A stretch of 64,000 nucleotides of DNA, taken from NCBI GenBank assembly GCA_013239625.1, contig MU054096.1:471098-535097 (forward strand), in the 5' to 3' direction. Position 1 is the stretch's first letter. Each line of letters begins with the position of its first letter. The notes beneath the pieces were generated by a model. That model searched no databases. It saw only the letters and a program-made list of their open reading frames with translations, and was not told the DNA's origin. Position numbers and translations under genes: made by a program. This document shows, piece by piece, positions 51,470-64,000 of the stretch. This DNA is from Lama guanicoe (lineage: Eukaryota).

Positions 51470-53850
51470 AGTGTGAATACAGGATCAACTATAATAAGAA
51501 ATATCATGAAAAAAAGCATTAAAACTGTATATAAAAAGATTAACCTACTATAACCAAATAGGGTCCAGTGCACGAATGCAAAGATGGCTTAATATTAGGG
51601 GGGAAAATGTGTCAAAGTAACCTCCAGGACACATCAGTGCTTAAATAAGAAAGTATATATGGTCATCTTAATAGAAGGGTGTAGCTGGCTGAATAATGTC
51701 TGTGACCTAAAAATGTCTGTGGCCTGATCTCTGGAAACTATAAACATATATTTAATAGGATAAAAGGGACTTTCAGGTGTGATTAAGTTCAGAATCTTGA
51801 GTTGAAGAGATTATCCTGAATGTTTCAGGTGGGCCCAGGGTCCTTATGAGAGGGAGGAGGTAGGGTTAGATGCGGAGAGGCCGGGTGACAATGGAAGCAG
51901 ATACCAGAGTGACTGACAAGGAGGAAGGGGCCACAAACTGGAGGAAGGCAAGTGGCCTCTAGAAGTTGGAAAAGACAAGGAAATGGATTCTCCCCAGGGT
52001 CTCCAGAAGAATCAGGTCCTTGCATCCCCTTGACTCTAGCCCAGTAAGACTGACTTGGAACTCTGATCTCTAGCTAATTAGAAAATAAATTGTCTTCAGT
52101 TACCAAATTGATCGTAACGTATTACAGCAGCAGCCAGAACTAACACAAAGGGGAAAACACAACCTAGTTTTATATTCAATATTGATTTTTTTAAAACTTA
52201 GTAAAGGATACTGGTTAAGCATGACAAAAGTCAACAATGTACTTTAAGTAGCAACAGAGTCTCACCATTATTTTTTAAACAATGTTTTGGAAGTTTTTTC
52301 AAATATGATGAGAAATGAAACAGACGTAAATATATCAAGTGAGAAGGCAAATTGTGATCTTTTTCTAGATAATATAGGATAAGAGAGTGAACTATGAAAA
52401 CAGAAGTACTGGTCACTAACTCTTATCTATATTTCAGAAATCCCAAAAGCTCTTAGTCAGACTTCTTAGCCTAAGTTTGATGCCCACATTGATTTTTCAG
52501 TGACATCTGAGTTCAGTGAACACCAGGCTTTTTACAGTCTTTATTTACCCTTTTTAAAATAAGAATATCAGTTTATCAGCACATTGATTATGCGCTGCTC
52601 GCCAGGACCCTGCTCTGGATATTATACAACACACACTAGAGGTGCAATGTTACCTTTCCAAAAATCTAAACATTGGAATTTCAAAATACGTATCTCCCAG
52701 GTTTGTTGTGGATTCAGGGCTTATAATAAAGCAATTTGGTACCATGACAAGAACTAGGTAAATACATAAAATTATCAACATTAAACTATTCAGATTGACA
52801 AGACTTATATAAAATATCAAAATTAAGTATAATCTTTCAGCAAGAAATGTGTGGGGCTCCAATAAAAAAAACTATAAAATGAGAGCCATAAAAGAAAATA
52901 TATAAGTAGAAAGAAGTACCGTGTTTCTATGTCAGTAGGCTGAATATTGTAAAAATCTACATTTTTCCTCAAAATATGGAGAGATATAATACCATTTTAA
53001 AAAAATCTTAATAGAATTTAATTTAGAATTTGATTTTTTTCTGGCCTCCATACTACTCACAGAAATTTACAGAAACTCCACAGCAATGTTTTTTCTTATA
53101 CAGGGGATTCCCAGCTGGGCACATTTTAATCTCTGCAAGGATACAGTTATAGTTCAAGTTTGATATCCCCTACTTAGGGGATTTAAGACTCTGAAATTGG
53201 GAATCATTGTTCTCAGATTTAGCTGATGTAATAAACATGTGCAAATTAACTTTTCAGAAAATTTTACAAACAGTAATAAAGACTGCCACATTGTTTTTAA
53301 AAAACTATAAAATGACAACAATTAAATCAATGTGATACTAATTTTAAAATACTTTGATCAATAAAATAGAACAAATTATCCAGAACCAAATCCTAGAATA
53401 AATGAAAATATAGTGTATAATAAAGTAGGTGTTGCAAAACTATAGGCAAGAAAATGTTATTTAATAATCTTGGGATATTTTTAGGAAAAAAAATACCTAG
53501 TGAGAACTTTTGCTCACACCATATACATGAATCAAACAATAAAAAGAAACAAACATGTTGAAAATTGCTGGTGGGGTGAAGTGATATTTTTAAAGTCTCT
53601 GGGTGAGGAAAAGTTTTCCAAGTGGAAAGTAGCAAAGAATTGAAGTTTTGAGGGGAGGGCTCAAATAAATTGAAAGGTAAATAAAACAATACAAACAAAC
53701 AACTCTCAAAATACATGTGACAAATATTTCAGGAAAAAAAGCCAATCTCTTCAAGGCGTACAATTTATACAAACCATGGAAAGATTCCAAGAAAAAAATA
53801 ATTAGAATAGGACCTCACAATTCACACATGAGAGAATTCAAACCATGTGT
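51470..53850 (+). mobile_element. Very old, fragmented L1 ORF2 (L1ME-like) with intervening inserts
   Basis: GAATGCAAAGATGGCTTAATATTAG, CTGAATATTGTAAAAAT, CTCACACCATATAC-type ORF2 remnants. Confidence 0.55.
51680..52147 (+). mobile_element. MaLR solo LTR, MLT1D-like, nested in old L1
   Basis: TGTAG..GAATAATG..GGAAATGGATTCTCCCC..AACTAACACA; perfect 5-bp TSD AAGGG at 51675-51679 and 52148-52152. Confidence 0.88.
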
Positions 53851-54599
53851 TTTAAAAAGCTACCCTGGAAAATGGTGGAGATAAAATTCACTTATTGCTT
53901 TCTTTCCTACAAAACCATTTGATCATATATTTGAGTGCTTTGAGTATAGGGAGTAAACCCTCAATTTTTCAATAAATATCTAAGAAAGCAATAGGAAGAA
54001 AGTAATTAAAACAGGAACTTAGTAGCAATTAGTATGTGTACAGCATGTGTTAGGAATTTTGAAGAATACAAAAAGGTACATAAAATAAGCCATTAAGTTA
54101 AATCTAACAATGAGCATGAAGTAAACAGCATTCTTATTTCATAAATATGAGGTCATTTGGGCTGGGAGTATTACAAGAGAAAGAATTGGATGGTAAGATG
54201 CCAAGGGGACCAAGAGGTAATCATTTTCTGCCTTCAAAATCTTCATCATCATTCAATTAATGCCAAGAAAGAGCTTAACAAACTCCTAAAAGGAGCCTTT
54301 ATTACGTTCTTTACTTTACAGGCAATCTTAAGTAGTAGAAAGCCTAGAGGTCAGAGAACTGGGTTTAGTAATATTTTTAAGACTAACCAGCAGGGTGACA
54401 ATGGACAGGTCACTTAAAAGCTCTCGCTACTGGTTGACCTTATCTGTTCTTTTGTAACAATAGTCCTCAGTCAGTCTTCAGCCCCGAGGTCTGGTGTTGA
54501 TGTCCTCTTGTGATCCCCTCCACTTCTGAAATCCATGACATGATCTTAAAGACCACCTCATCCGGAGACAAGGGAGGAGAGGAGGTTATAATGAAGATC

Positions 54600-55150
54600 G
54601 CTCAGCACAGTTTCCCAGAACTGAAATGTCCAAGAAGAAAGGAAGAAGGAAAGAACTGAGTTTCCAGATTGGAAGAGCCCATTAAGTGCCCTGAAGGAAA
54701 AAGGAAAACAGACTCACATGTATGCATGTCACCACAGCACTCACCACCCTGGGCTTAAGACCCCACAGTCTCCCAGAATGAAAAAAGAAAAGAATTTGTA
54801 CATACAAAATAGAAGTCAGAGTGGGTTTGGAATATTTAAGAGCAACACTAGAAGCCAGAAGGTACTGGAGCAATGCCTTCAAAATTCTTAAGGAAAATGA
54901 TTTCCAACCCAAAACTCAATATGTAGCCAAACCATCAATCAAATATGAAGTAAGCGTAGACATTTTCAGACAGAAGACAGACGTTCTCAAAAATATCTTT
55001 TCTTATGAAGCAATTAGAAAGTAAGTGCCACCAAAATAAGAGAGTAAACCAAGAAAGAGAAAGGCTTGGGACAGAGGAAACTGAGGACTCAGCTCAGAGG
55101 GGAGGTGAAGGGAGACCCCAAGTTTAGCTCAGCAGGAGTCGACGAGAGCA
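54600..55150 (+). mobile_element. HAL1 / L1 ORF1-like remnant
   Basis: ORF 54821-55024 (ATLEARRYWSNAFKILKENDFQPK..YVAK) matches the L1 ORF1p C-terminal domain; no ORF2 follows. Confidence 0.75.
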
Positions 55151-55465
55151 AGTCAGAAGGGTCTTCTATTGACAGGAATGAGAAATCACTAAGTACCTAA
55201 TATCATAAGAGGAGATTTAGATGATTAACGGAGTGAAATGAAAATTTGATGGGTGTTTTTGTTTTAATCAAACAACAAAAATTAAAATTAACACTACTGC
55301 TAACTACAGGAAAAATGAAAAGTTGTACAGGGGATGAAAGAGAACTCAGCTTTTCTTCTTCCATAGAAAAAGTCAGTAGCGAACGCCTACAACTAAAACA
55401 GTAGGACACAGAAAAATAAGAAAGTTACTTAGAGTTTAAAAAACTTTAGAGTTTAAAAGTCAAAT

Positions 55466-55574
55466 GTGGCAATGAATATATACATGTTCATGTATAACTG
55501 AAAAATTGTGCTCTACACTGGAATTTGACACAGCATCATAAAATGACTATAACTCAATAAAAAATGTTTTTTAA
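55466..55574 (+). mobile_element. Short L1 3' tip (second subfamily) with TSD
   Basis: CATGTATAACTGAAAAATTGTGCTCTACACTGGAATTTGACAC..CTCAATAAA; TSD AAAAGTCAAAT at 55455-55465 and 55575-55585. Confidence 0.85.
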
Positions 55575-58500
55575 AAAAGTCAAATACAAACTCAGTCTGA
55601 CTTCCAATTCTGTTCTTTTTGCTACCACACACGTGAAGTCCCAATCACAGAGTATAAGAGCCGCTGAACTACCCTGGGTGGTGGCAACCAACATTCAAAG
55701 AGTCAGTTAAACACGAACTGTTGGGAGATTGACTGGTAGGCCGGGTGCACTGACATAAGGAAGAAGGGGAAATACTTATGGAGAGCTGGCGACCTATTTG
55801 GTTTTCTCATTTAATCTTGTTTGTCTGGGAAAAACAAATACTTGTCTCTCTGAACATCTTACCTGAAAAATAGAGTGGAAGGATATTAACGAATTCCTGG
55901 TTTATTTCAAAGTGACATTTGTTCAAGATGCCCGCCATTAAAACTAATACATAAGTATTATTATAAACATCTCTATGTTATTATAAACATGTATCTGTTA
56001 TTGTAAACCTCTTTGTACAGCTTTATTGGGATTCAAGGTTCCAGAAGTGTCAGAGGCTGGGTTCATGCCAATTCTTTCCAACCACTACTTTATTTATAAA
56101 TTAAAATTTTGATTTGCACATTTTCATTTTTAGCTTATTCCACTGGCTAAATTACAGAAGGAGGATTGGTTAATCTGAAACACAGCATAAAAAAAATCCC
56201 ATAAATGCAACAGTGTACAAGGCATAAAAGAAAGAGAACATTTAGTTAGTTCACAATGTTACAGCTTTCGGATCTGGCTTGAAGATATAATACATAGAGT
56301 TTTAGGCTTAAAGGAAAATAGAATTATTAATTATATTTCATCTATCCATCAACTATTAGCATGTTTTTGATCACTGGGTTTTACATGCCAATCTAGTTTT
56401 CAGATTCTTTAAAGCAACACCTCCAAGCTGAGTTAATTGTAAGAAACAAAGAGTACCAGTCAAACTGAAAATCATAAAACACTTACAGGGTGTGGATTTT
56501 CCCAACAACTTTAAAGGGGGCTGTTTAAAAATCTAGTTTCAATCATTTCACTGCATTTCAATCTTGCTTTGAAGCCCACGTTACTCCAACTAGTTCCTGT
56601 CACTATATGAGAATTGTAAAATATAGGTGGAAAAATTACAAAGTTGGGCTTCCATTGTCTTGATATCCAGGGCAGAAAATGAAATATACTTTAACAATAT
56701 AAAGACATGATCTGATGGGTTTATCACTTATCATCTATTTCAAGACAACTTTCAAAACATGTCTGTGAGGTACATGTGTACCAGGGTGTTTAAAGGTCTT
56801 GTTCATTGATTCTAGGCACATGTTAATCTAGAAAACTGAGTTTCATTCTTTTTGAAAACTAATGTTTTGTGAATACAAAGACTTTACAAATCTTCGTTAA
56901 ACTCCTTAGTTTTGAGGTGAGGAAACTGAGAAACAGGGAGCTTGAGCAACTTTCCCCAGGTCACTGACCAAGAACATTGACTTTCAAGTCAACATGTAGC
57001 CTAGTGTTTCATTGGTCTGATTGTTTGTTCTTTCATGCTGAAAGATTTTTTGAACGCCTGCCATAGGCCTGACACTTTCCTTTCATCCATCATCTCTAGT
57101 GATACCTAAACAGTAATAGTGACTTTCTCCAGGATACTTGGGAAATCCACCACACTTTAAAGATGTAATAACAGCAGTGCTATGAAAACAAAACTCAAAA
57201 ACAATTTTAAAAAACCATATCTTGTCTCTTTACTTTGTGGAACGGTCCTGATTTCAAGTATTATGTCTTGATGTCTCTAAAAGACATTTATCCTGAACAG
57301 ATGATGACTGTACTAATTCCGGGTAACCGAATGGACTGAGACTTGCTCAGAAGAGTCTTCAGCTGAGCTCATACAACTAGACAGTCACCTTGGAAACCTG
57401 TATCCACCTGCTCCCACCTTTTCACATCTTGAAGAAAGAGGATACGCCATGAAGAATGAACTTGTTGAGGTGTGGGTCAGGATCTTGGCTTCCTGAATTC
57501 TAAGTCTGTAGATTTTATCAGCCTTGGAAATAGACGTTCATCTTCAGCCTTTGGGCACTCAACAAGTTATCTTCACTGAATGAATATTACTCTGACATTT
57601 TCAGAGAAGTGCAACTGATGAGGGGGGGAGGGGGAGACAGAGAGACGAAAGGAAAGGAAGAAAATACTAGTTCCCCAAATTTCCTGGAAAATATTTTAGA
57701 TTTACTTGAAGCCTCAATACAGCGTAGTTATTTTTATTTGCTAAGCACTCCCAAACTGCAGCTTTGTGCAGCTTCCATTTCAATCTAGCCCCTGTCTTGC
57801 GCCTTGTCTCTGAATATATTTTGTATGTTGGGATTTGCCCATCTTTTTACAGTTCCAACCTATACCAAGAAAATCCATGTGCTAGGTGACAAAGATATTT
57901 CCTCAACAGGATGTGCAACAATGGACCCAGAGTTTAAGAATGCAGAACCAAAAATATTTATTTATTGAGAGTAATCTTGACAGAGATCACAGACGTTTCT
58001 TTCATTTAAATCCAACTATAGTTTTAGAGTCAAGTCCAATGGCTGTAAGATGCTTGTCAAAGGTCCTTGGCCACAAGACAGACTCTTACTCATATATAAA
58101 TTTGTCTAGTGAACAGAAGAATCACAAAGGGGCCAAGAGAGGGGGACACTAGAATTAGCCTTTACGGGGCCCGTGAGCTTGAGTAAGTTAATCTCTTAAG
58201 GGCTCTGTTTTTCCATCTGTAAATGGAAAGGAAATTTCACAAGTAACAAATAGCTCATTAGTATGAGCTACTTGTTGTCATGAAGTTTGCCCCCGCGTCC
58301 TCCCCACAGCCCTAGCATCCAAAGGCAGCGGTCCTGATGGGCAAAGGGTACCTCAACTGTCAGGAGACCACAGCAACGTGAGTTGGAAAGTACCTCCGAG
58401 GTCTTCAAGTTCAACCTCCCACACGTCACAGGTGGGGAGACTGAGCCCCAGGTCCGAGAACCAGGGCCCGGGGCACAAAGTCAGCTCTGGATGGAGGTTA

Positions 58501-58744
58501 GAGCGCAGATTTCCTGACTGCCAGACCCCTTCTTATTTCCTGTAATTCAAGCTGAATCAAATCTCCTCTTAGAAGGTGTTATATGCAGCAGCGATGCTTC
58601 TCGGGAGTGGATCGGCCACAGCGCTGGGGCTCTAACTGGCTCTAGGATGCAGCTCAGGGAGTGGGCTGCCGGCGTACAGTGCGAAGAGCCTAGAGATGCT
58701 CTTTTAAGCTTGTGGGGTGGTGCGAGAAAACTACCCTTTTAAAT

Positions 58745-59310
58745 CACACTTTGATCCACCACAATGTCCCAGTAGCTTCCATCTCACTCAAAATAAAATC
58801 TCAAATCCTAACCATGACCTGCAAAGTCCAGAATAAACTGGCCTGGCTCACCTCTCTGATGCCCTCTTACTGCTTCTCCTCCTAGATCTGCTCAGGTCCT
58901 GCGGGCCTCCTTGGTGTCCTTAGAACATTCCAGGACCATTCAGCCCCGGGATGTTGACTTCGCTTCTCTCCTCCCATCACTGGGGCTCTGCCTTCCCTTC
59001 ATCCAAGTCTCAGCTCCAATGTCACCTCACTCCAGGGACTTCCCACGCACCCCCCTCCCTGGACAGGATGCTGCCTCTGACCCTGCTGCTCTCCTGTCTT
59101 CTCAGTCTGCTTTATTGTCCCTCATGCTACACATCCTCTGCTGCCATTTTGATGGCTGTTAATTTATTTGCTTCTTATGTGTCTGCCCACTGGAATGTCA
59201 GCTCTTACAAGATCAGAGACTTGGACATGTTGACTGTCGGATCTTCAGGGTCTAGAAGAGTGCCTGGTATATAGTAGGCTCACTAAGTCTCTATAAAATG
59301 AAGGAAGGAA
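58745..59310. mobile_element. L2
   Basis: CTCACTCAAAATAAAATC..CTCAGCTCCAATGTCACCTC..TAGAAGAGTGCCTGGTATATAGTAGG. Confidence 0.72.
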
Positions 59311-59423
59311 GGGAGGCGGGGGAGGTTAGAGGTGGGACCAGTAAGTTTAGAAGACTTTAAGCTGGGATGGACGCATCAATTATGAACAACTTTAAAGGAG
59401 ACAGCAGGCATCCCCTTCTGAGC

Positions 59424-59632
59424 TTTTTTTTTTAAATTGAAGTATAGTCAGTTACAATGTTGTGTCAATTTCTGGTGTCCAGCATCATGTTTCAGTCATA
59501 CATACACATACACATATTCCTTTTCATATGTTTTTAAATTTATTTTATTTTTTATTTTATTTTTTTATTGAGTCATAGTTTACAATGTGTCGATTTCTGG
59601 TGTCCAGCACCATGTTTTAGTCACACATATAC
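59424..59632 (-). mobile_element. Two tandem short L1 3' tips
   Basis: Poly-T plus TTACAATG..TTTCTGGTGTCCAGCA..CATGTTT.AGTCA occurs twice (about 59424-59530 and 59531-59632). Confidence 0.82.
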
Positions 59633-59639
59633 AGTTCTA

Positions 59640-61150
59640 CCCATATACTAAAACCAGAAAAAGACAAAACAAAGAAGGAAAAGATGGTCTTAAATGTCAG
59701 CAAATAAAAATTCAGCAAAAATAAAAAGAATTAAACACATTAATAAGGGTAATTTATTTCAGGGATCAAAAGCTGGTTAATATTTGAAAATCAATCAATG
59801 TAATCACTGTATTAACAGACTAAAGAAGGCATATCACACAACTGTATCAATCAGTGCAGAAAAAAGCATCTGACAAAAGCCAATACCATTCATGATTTTT
59901 TTAAAGGAAAACTCAAAAAAAAAAAAACAAAAACAGAAATAGAGAGGAACTTTCTCGACAAAGAGCATCTACATAAATCCCACAGCTAGCATTGAGCTTA
60001 GCGTTAGTGATGAAGTGTTTTCCTCCTGAGACCAGGAACAAGGCAGGAATGCCTGGTCTCCCACTCATATTCAGCACAGTTCAGGAAGGTCTAACCAGTG
60101 CAAGAAGTCAAGAACAAGAAATTAAAACACATACAAAGAAAGATACAACCTGAAAGGAAGACATAGAACTGTCCCTATTTGTTGACGACTTGATTGTCTA
60201 CATAGGAATTTCCAACAACTCTACCAAAAAAATCCTAGAACTATTAATTGAGTTCATCAAGGTCATAGAATACATGATAAACATACAAGAATCAATTATA
60301 TTTCTAAATACTAGCAATAAACACATGGACATTGGAATTAAAAACACAATACTACTTACTTACAATTGCTTGAAAAATGAGATACGTACGTGTAAGTCTA
60401 ACATGTACAGAACTTATATGTGAAGAACTATACAGCCCTAATGGAAGAAATTTTTAAAAATTTGAATGAATAGAGAAACTTACTGTGTTCATGATTGGAA
60501 GACTCAGCATACTGAAGGTATCAATCCTCCTCAGACTAAAATTCCCATCAATATGTCAGCAACATTGTTTGTAGATACAGACAAGATTACTCTAAAATGC
60601 ATATGAAAAAGCAAATAATCTGGAATAACTAAAAGCCATTTCAAAAATGAAGACTAATGTGGGAGGAGCCAATTTCAAGACTTCTTCTATTCAAGTCTAT
60701 AATAATCAAGACTGTGTGCTGGGGGAACAGACACAGAGATCAGTGGAACAGAGTAAGGAATCCAAAAGTAAAGCTAAACAAATATGCACAAATGACTTTT
60801 GAACAAGGTGTCAACAGGAGGAAAGATGGTCTTTTCCACAAAAGGTGCCAAAGTAATTGGACATCCACAGATATAGGTAGACAGACGGATAGACAGATAG
60901 ACAGACAGATAAATAGATAAATAAATATATTTTTAAAGTCAAAAAGTAAAATAAGTACATCACAAACCTCACACCTTCTACAAACATTAGTTCAAAGTGG
61001 ATAACTGATATCAATATAAAACTATCTAAAAGAAATAGGAGAAAATCTTCAAGTTTTATGGCAAGGTGAAGAGTGTTTAGACCTGACACCAAAAGTGTGA
61101 GTCATAATTTTAAAAGCTACACTGTACTTCGTCAAAATTTAAAAGTTTTA
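59640..61150 (+). mobile_element. Old L1 ORF2 (RT region), with (GATA/GACA)n at about 60875-60925
   Basis: CTATTTGTTGACGACTTGATTGTCTAC (F-x-D-D motif) near 60175; ORFs 60190-60423 and 60657-60920 resemble ORF2p. Confidence 0.85.
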
Positions 61151-62409
61151 ACACATGCATTTGGGGGAAATCTACACTTTATAGATCACATCTAACCCTG
61201 TAGTCATTCAAGCCCAGCATCTAACTAGTAGCATGCAAAGAAGTAAATGCCAAACAAATATTTGTTGAAATGGTATACATGAATACGGGCGAAGTCCTTT
61301 TTTTAAACTCAATCTGCTGTATGCGATGTGGTTCGATTTAGTGCTCGTTGAACACCTGCTATTGAGAAGCACTGGATCTCAGTGAAAGAAATGAAAGAGT
61401 GGGCGGAGTGCAGGGTGGGGAAGCCAACGGGAGGCCTGCCTTTTAGGTAATAAACATCACCCTCTGGGAAATAAACCAGAACAACTGGAGAGCCAAGCAT
61501 TCAAAAACGTGGGCGTCTGGGGTGGGTACGCTTATCTCACAGCCGTCTCCATCAGGCTTTGGGTCTGCAAACCGACCAGAAACCTTTAAATCGGGATTGG
61601 CAGATGCTTGGCATGAGCGTGACGTCTACCCCTACTATGTTGGAGACAGACAGCACTAGTGCATCTCAGCATCATCGAGCCCTGTGCCTCCATGTGGCCC
61701 TGGAGCCCAAAGGCAGTGCTCAGCAGCTGATCAGGGTTAAACCAGAGAAAACCCATCATGATCCCGGGTCTGAGGGTGACCTTGCGTCAGCCGTTCCTCT
61801 GCTTCTGTGGAGGAGGGCGCTCAGGGTTCTGGAGTCGAGGAGGAGGAGACCGCAACTGGGTCATCTGCCTTCAGAGCACTGGCTCTCACACGGAGTATTT
61901 TTCCTCGTCCTCAATAGCTACGTAGGCAGCTCCCTACCTGCTGGCTCTGGCAGAGAGAAAGGGAGAGACAGGGACGAAGGGCTGCCACGGAGTCCAGGTG
62001 TCCTTTAATGCGGTCCAGCGTGGCCCCCGCAGGGCCTCTCTGCTTGCCCGCAGATATCCTTTTGAGCGTTCAATTAAAAGGGACATTTGCTGACGTCTGT
62101 AGGCGGTGTGCGTGGTCCTGGCAGTTTCAACATGTTGGCTTCCAGCATCGATGTTTATCAGGTTGGGGAGGTATTTTGTGTTGGTTCAAATGCAAACATT
62201 AGTGTTTAGAGGACCCGGGCAACTTCGTGTTTACTTAAAGCCTCAGATATAACAGGACCACGTGTTCCCAGAAAGCTAGTTGTAAAGGGCCCAGAGCTGA
62301 ATCCTGGATTTCGGTGCCCCAGCCGTAAAATATGGCCCATGACATCTACTTAGGACTGTTGAAACAGTGAACGTGATAACTGAAGTCTTTTATGTCTTTG
62401 GAGTGGAGG

Positions 62410-63510
62410 AAGGCCTTTTGTATAAGAACTCAAAATCCAGGGGCAATTTTAAAAATTAATACATTCAAGTACATTTTAAAAAAAACAAATCAAGTCCTAA
62501 GAAAAACTGGAAACAGTATCTGTGTCTTCTATCACTGAATGCTCATCTCTTTAATATATAAAGAGCTCCTAGAAAGTGAGAAGAAAATGACCAGTTCATG
62601 AATAGACTGTTTATACATAAAAAAAGAGAAATGCAAACAGTATTTTGAAAATGAAGAGGTTCAATTTCACTCATAGAAGAGACAGTATGAAAATGCACTG
62701 AAACAACATTTCTCACCTATCAGATTGGCAAAACCCCAAAAGTTGAACAGCACTCTGCTGGCAAGTGGTGGAGAAGCAGACCCTCTCCCACGCTGCTGGT
62801 GGGGGTGCAAAATGAGACACCCCCTGCAGAGGGCAATTTGGCAGCTGTTATCAAAATTTACAAATGCATTTACCCTCTGACCCAGAAATCCCACTACTGG
62901 GAATTTGATCCTCCAGCCAGAGCTCATATATAGGAAACAAGTATACATTAACAGCCAGCATTAATTAACAGCCAAAGATTAGACACAACTGTTGGGTCCA
63001 TCAACAGGGAACTGATGACATCAACCATGGTGTATGCGTACCATGGAATATTATGCAGCTATAAAACCAAGACAGGGGAATAGACGGAGCACAGGGGATT
63101 TTTAGGGCAATCAAATTATTCTGTATGACACTATAGTGGTGGCTACGTGTCATTATGCATTTGTCAAAGCCCACAGAATGCACAACATCAAGAGTGAACC
63201 CTGATGTAAACTATGGGTTTTGGTTGATAATAATATTGTGTTCATGTTGATTCATCAATTGTACCAAGTATGCCTCACTGATGAGGGATGCTGAGGGCAG
63301 GGGAGTATATATGTGTGGGTGGGGAGGGCTGTGTGTGAACTCTGTGCATTTTCTGGTCAATTCTGCTGTGAACCCGAAGCTGCTCTAAAAAAATAAAGTT
63401 ATTAATTAAAAAAATGATGCAAAAGTGAAAAAAATAAAATTTAAAAGAAAACCCTCAAAAAACCAAGAAGGAAGGTACTTTCTGCATACTCCCATGAAAA
63501 GACCTCTCAA
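62410..63510 (+). mobile_element. Old L1 (L1ME-like) ORF2 end with a nested L1MC1/2-like 3' end (about 63073-63458)
   Basis: CACCTATCAGATTGGCAAAA..; GAGCACAGGGGATTTTTAGGGCA..GAACCCTGATGTAAACTATGG; candidate TSD AAAACCAAGA. Confidence 0.78.
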
Positions 63511-63528
63511 TCAGGAAAACCAGGAGCC

Positions 63529-63674
63529 GGGTGGGAGGGTATAGCTCAGTGGTAGAGTGCGTGCCTAGCGTGCACAAGGTCCTGGGTTCAATCCCCAGTG
63601 TCTCCATTAAAAACAAATAAATAAATAAACCTAATTACCTCCCCCCATTAAAAACAAAACAAAATCAAACAACA
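63529..63674 (+). mobile_element. vic-1-like SINE with candidate TSD
   Basis: GGGAGGGTATAGCTCAGTGGTAGAGTGCGTGCCTAGCGTGCACAAGGTCCTGGGTTCAATCCCCAG, A-rich tail with CCTAATTACCTCCC; AAAACCAGGAGC / AAAGCCAGAAGC flanks. Confidence 0.9.
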
Positions 63675-64000
63675 AAAGCCAGAAGCAGATGCTATGTGTG
63701 GGCTACCTTTTGTGTAAAGAAGATGAAGACTTGGGGGAGAAAATATATTTACATTTGATTTTCTTTTCAAAATTTCCATGTCTGTTTTAACATCATTTGC
63801 ATTTTTTTCTTTTTACCTTTTGACTCCATTCATTTGAACAAATGTTTCTATTTCCTTTCATTTTCAAAAGTAAATGCATGTAATATTCAGAAGAAACGAA
63901 CAGAAACAGGAGTCCTTGTGGGGAACAGAGCTGGAAATATGATGCAGTCAACAGCAAAAGCAGTACTTTTTGACATTTCCCTTTTTATATTATTTTGACC

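Noticed and set aside
61559..62008. 149-aa ORF as a gene
   Set aside because: Non-ATG start, no recognisable domain, and the length is plausible by chance in GC-richer DNA.
63529..63610. tRNA gene (also at 3496, 22346, 22620 and 47289)
   Set aside because: A and B boxes are present, but A-rich tails, TSD-like flanks on several copies and five diverged copies identify SINEs.
1..64000. CRISPR arrays, rRNA genes or prokaryotic operons
   Set aside because: The sequence is mammalian repeat-rich DNA; no repeat-spacer array or rRNA similarity was seen.

Overview
Repeat-rich, apparently intergenic or intronic mammalian DNA. It is most likely camelid, inferred from tRNA-derived vic-1-like SINEs and a recurrent lineage-type L1 3' end. 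I see no intact protein-coding gene; the listed ORFs are short, mostly repeat-derived or chance. The main discovery is at 1-~2720 (+ strand, running off the left edge): a heavily decayed endogenous bornavirus-like L (RNA-dependent RNA polymerase) element, EBLL. About 15 collinear motif matches to Borna disease virus L appear across frameshifts, including RdRp pre-A, A, B, C and D motifs. It is interrupted by a MER8/Tigger2-like MITE, implying great age. These alignments were made by eye against the BoDV-1 L sequence from memory and need tBLASTn/HMM confirmation. Other features: a 70-bp locally templated insertion with a target duplication, three 5'-inverted (twin-primed) L1 insertions, nested MaLR/ERVL/ERV1 solo LTRs, an inverted SINE pair, a GC/G-rich island with an assembly gap, and a few enhancer-like unique stretches. 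Repeat subfamily names are recognised by eye and boundaries without a TSD are approximate.
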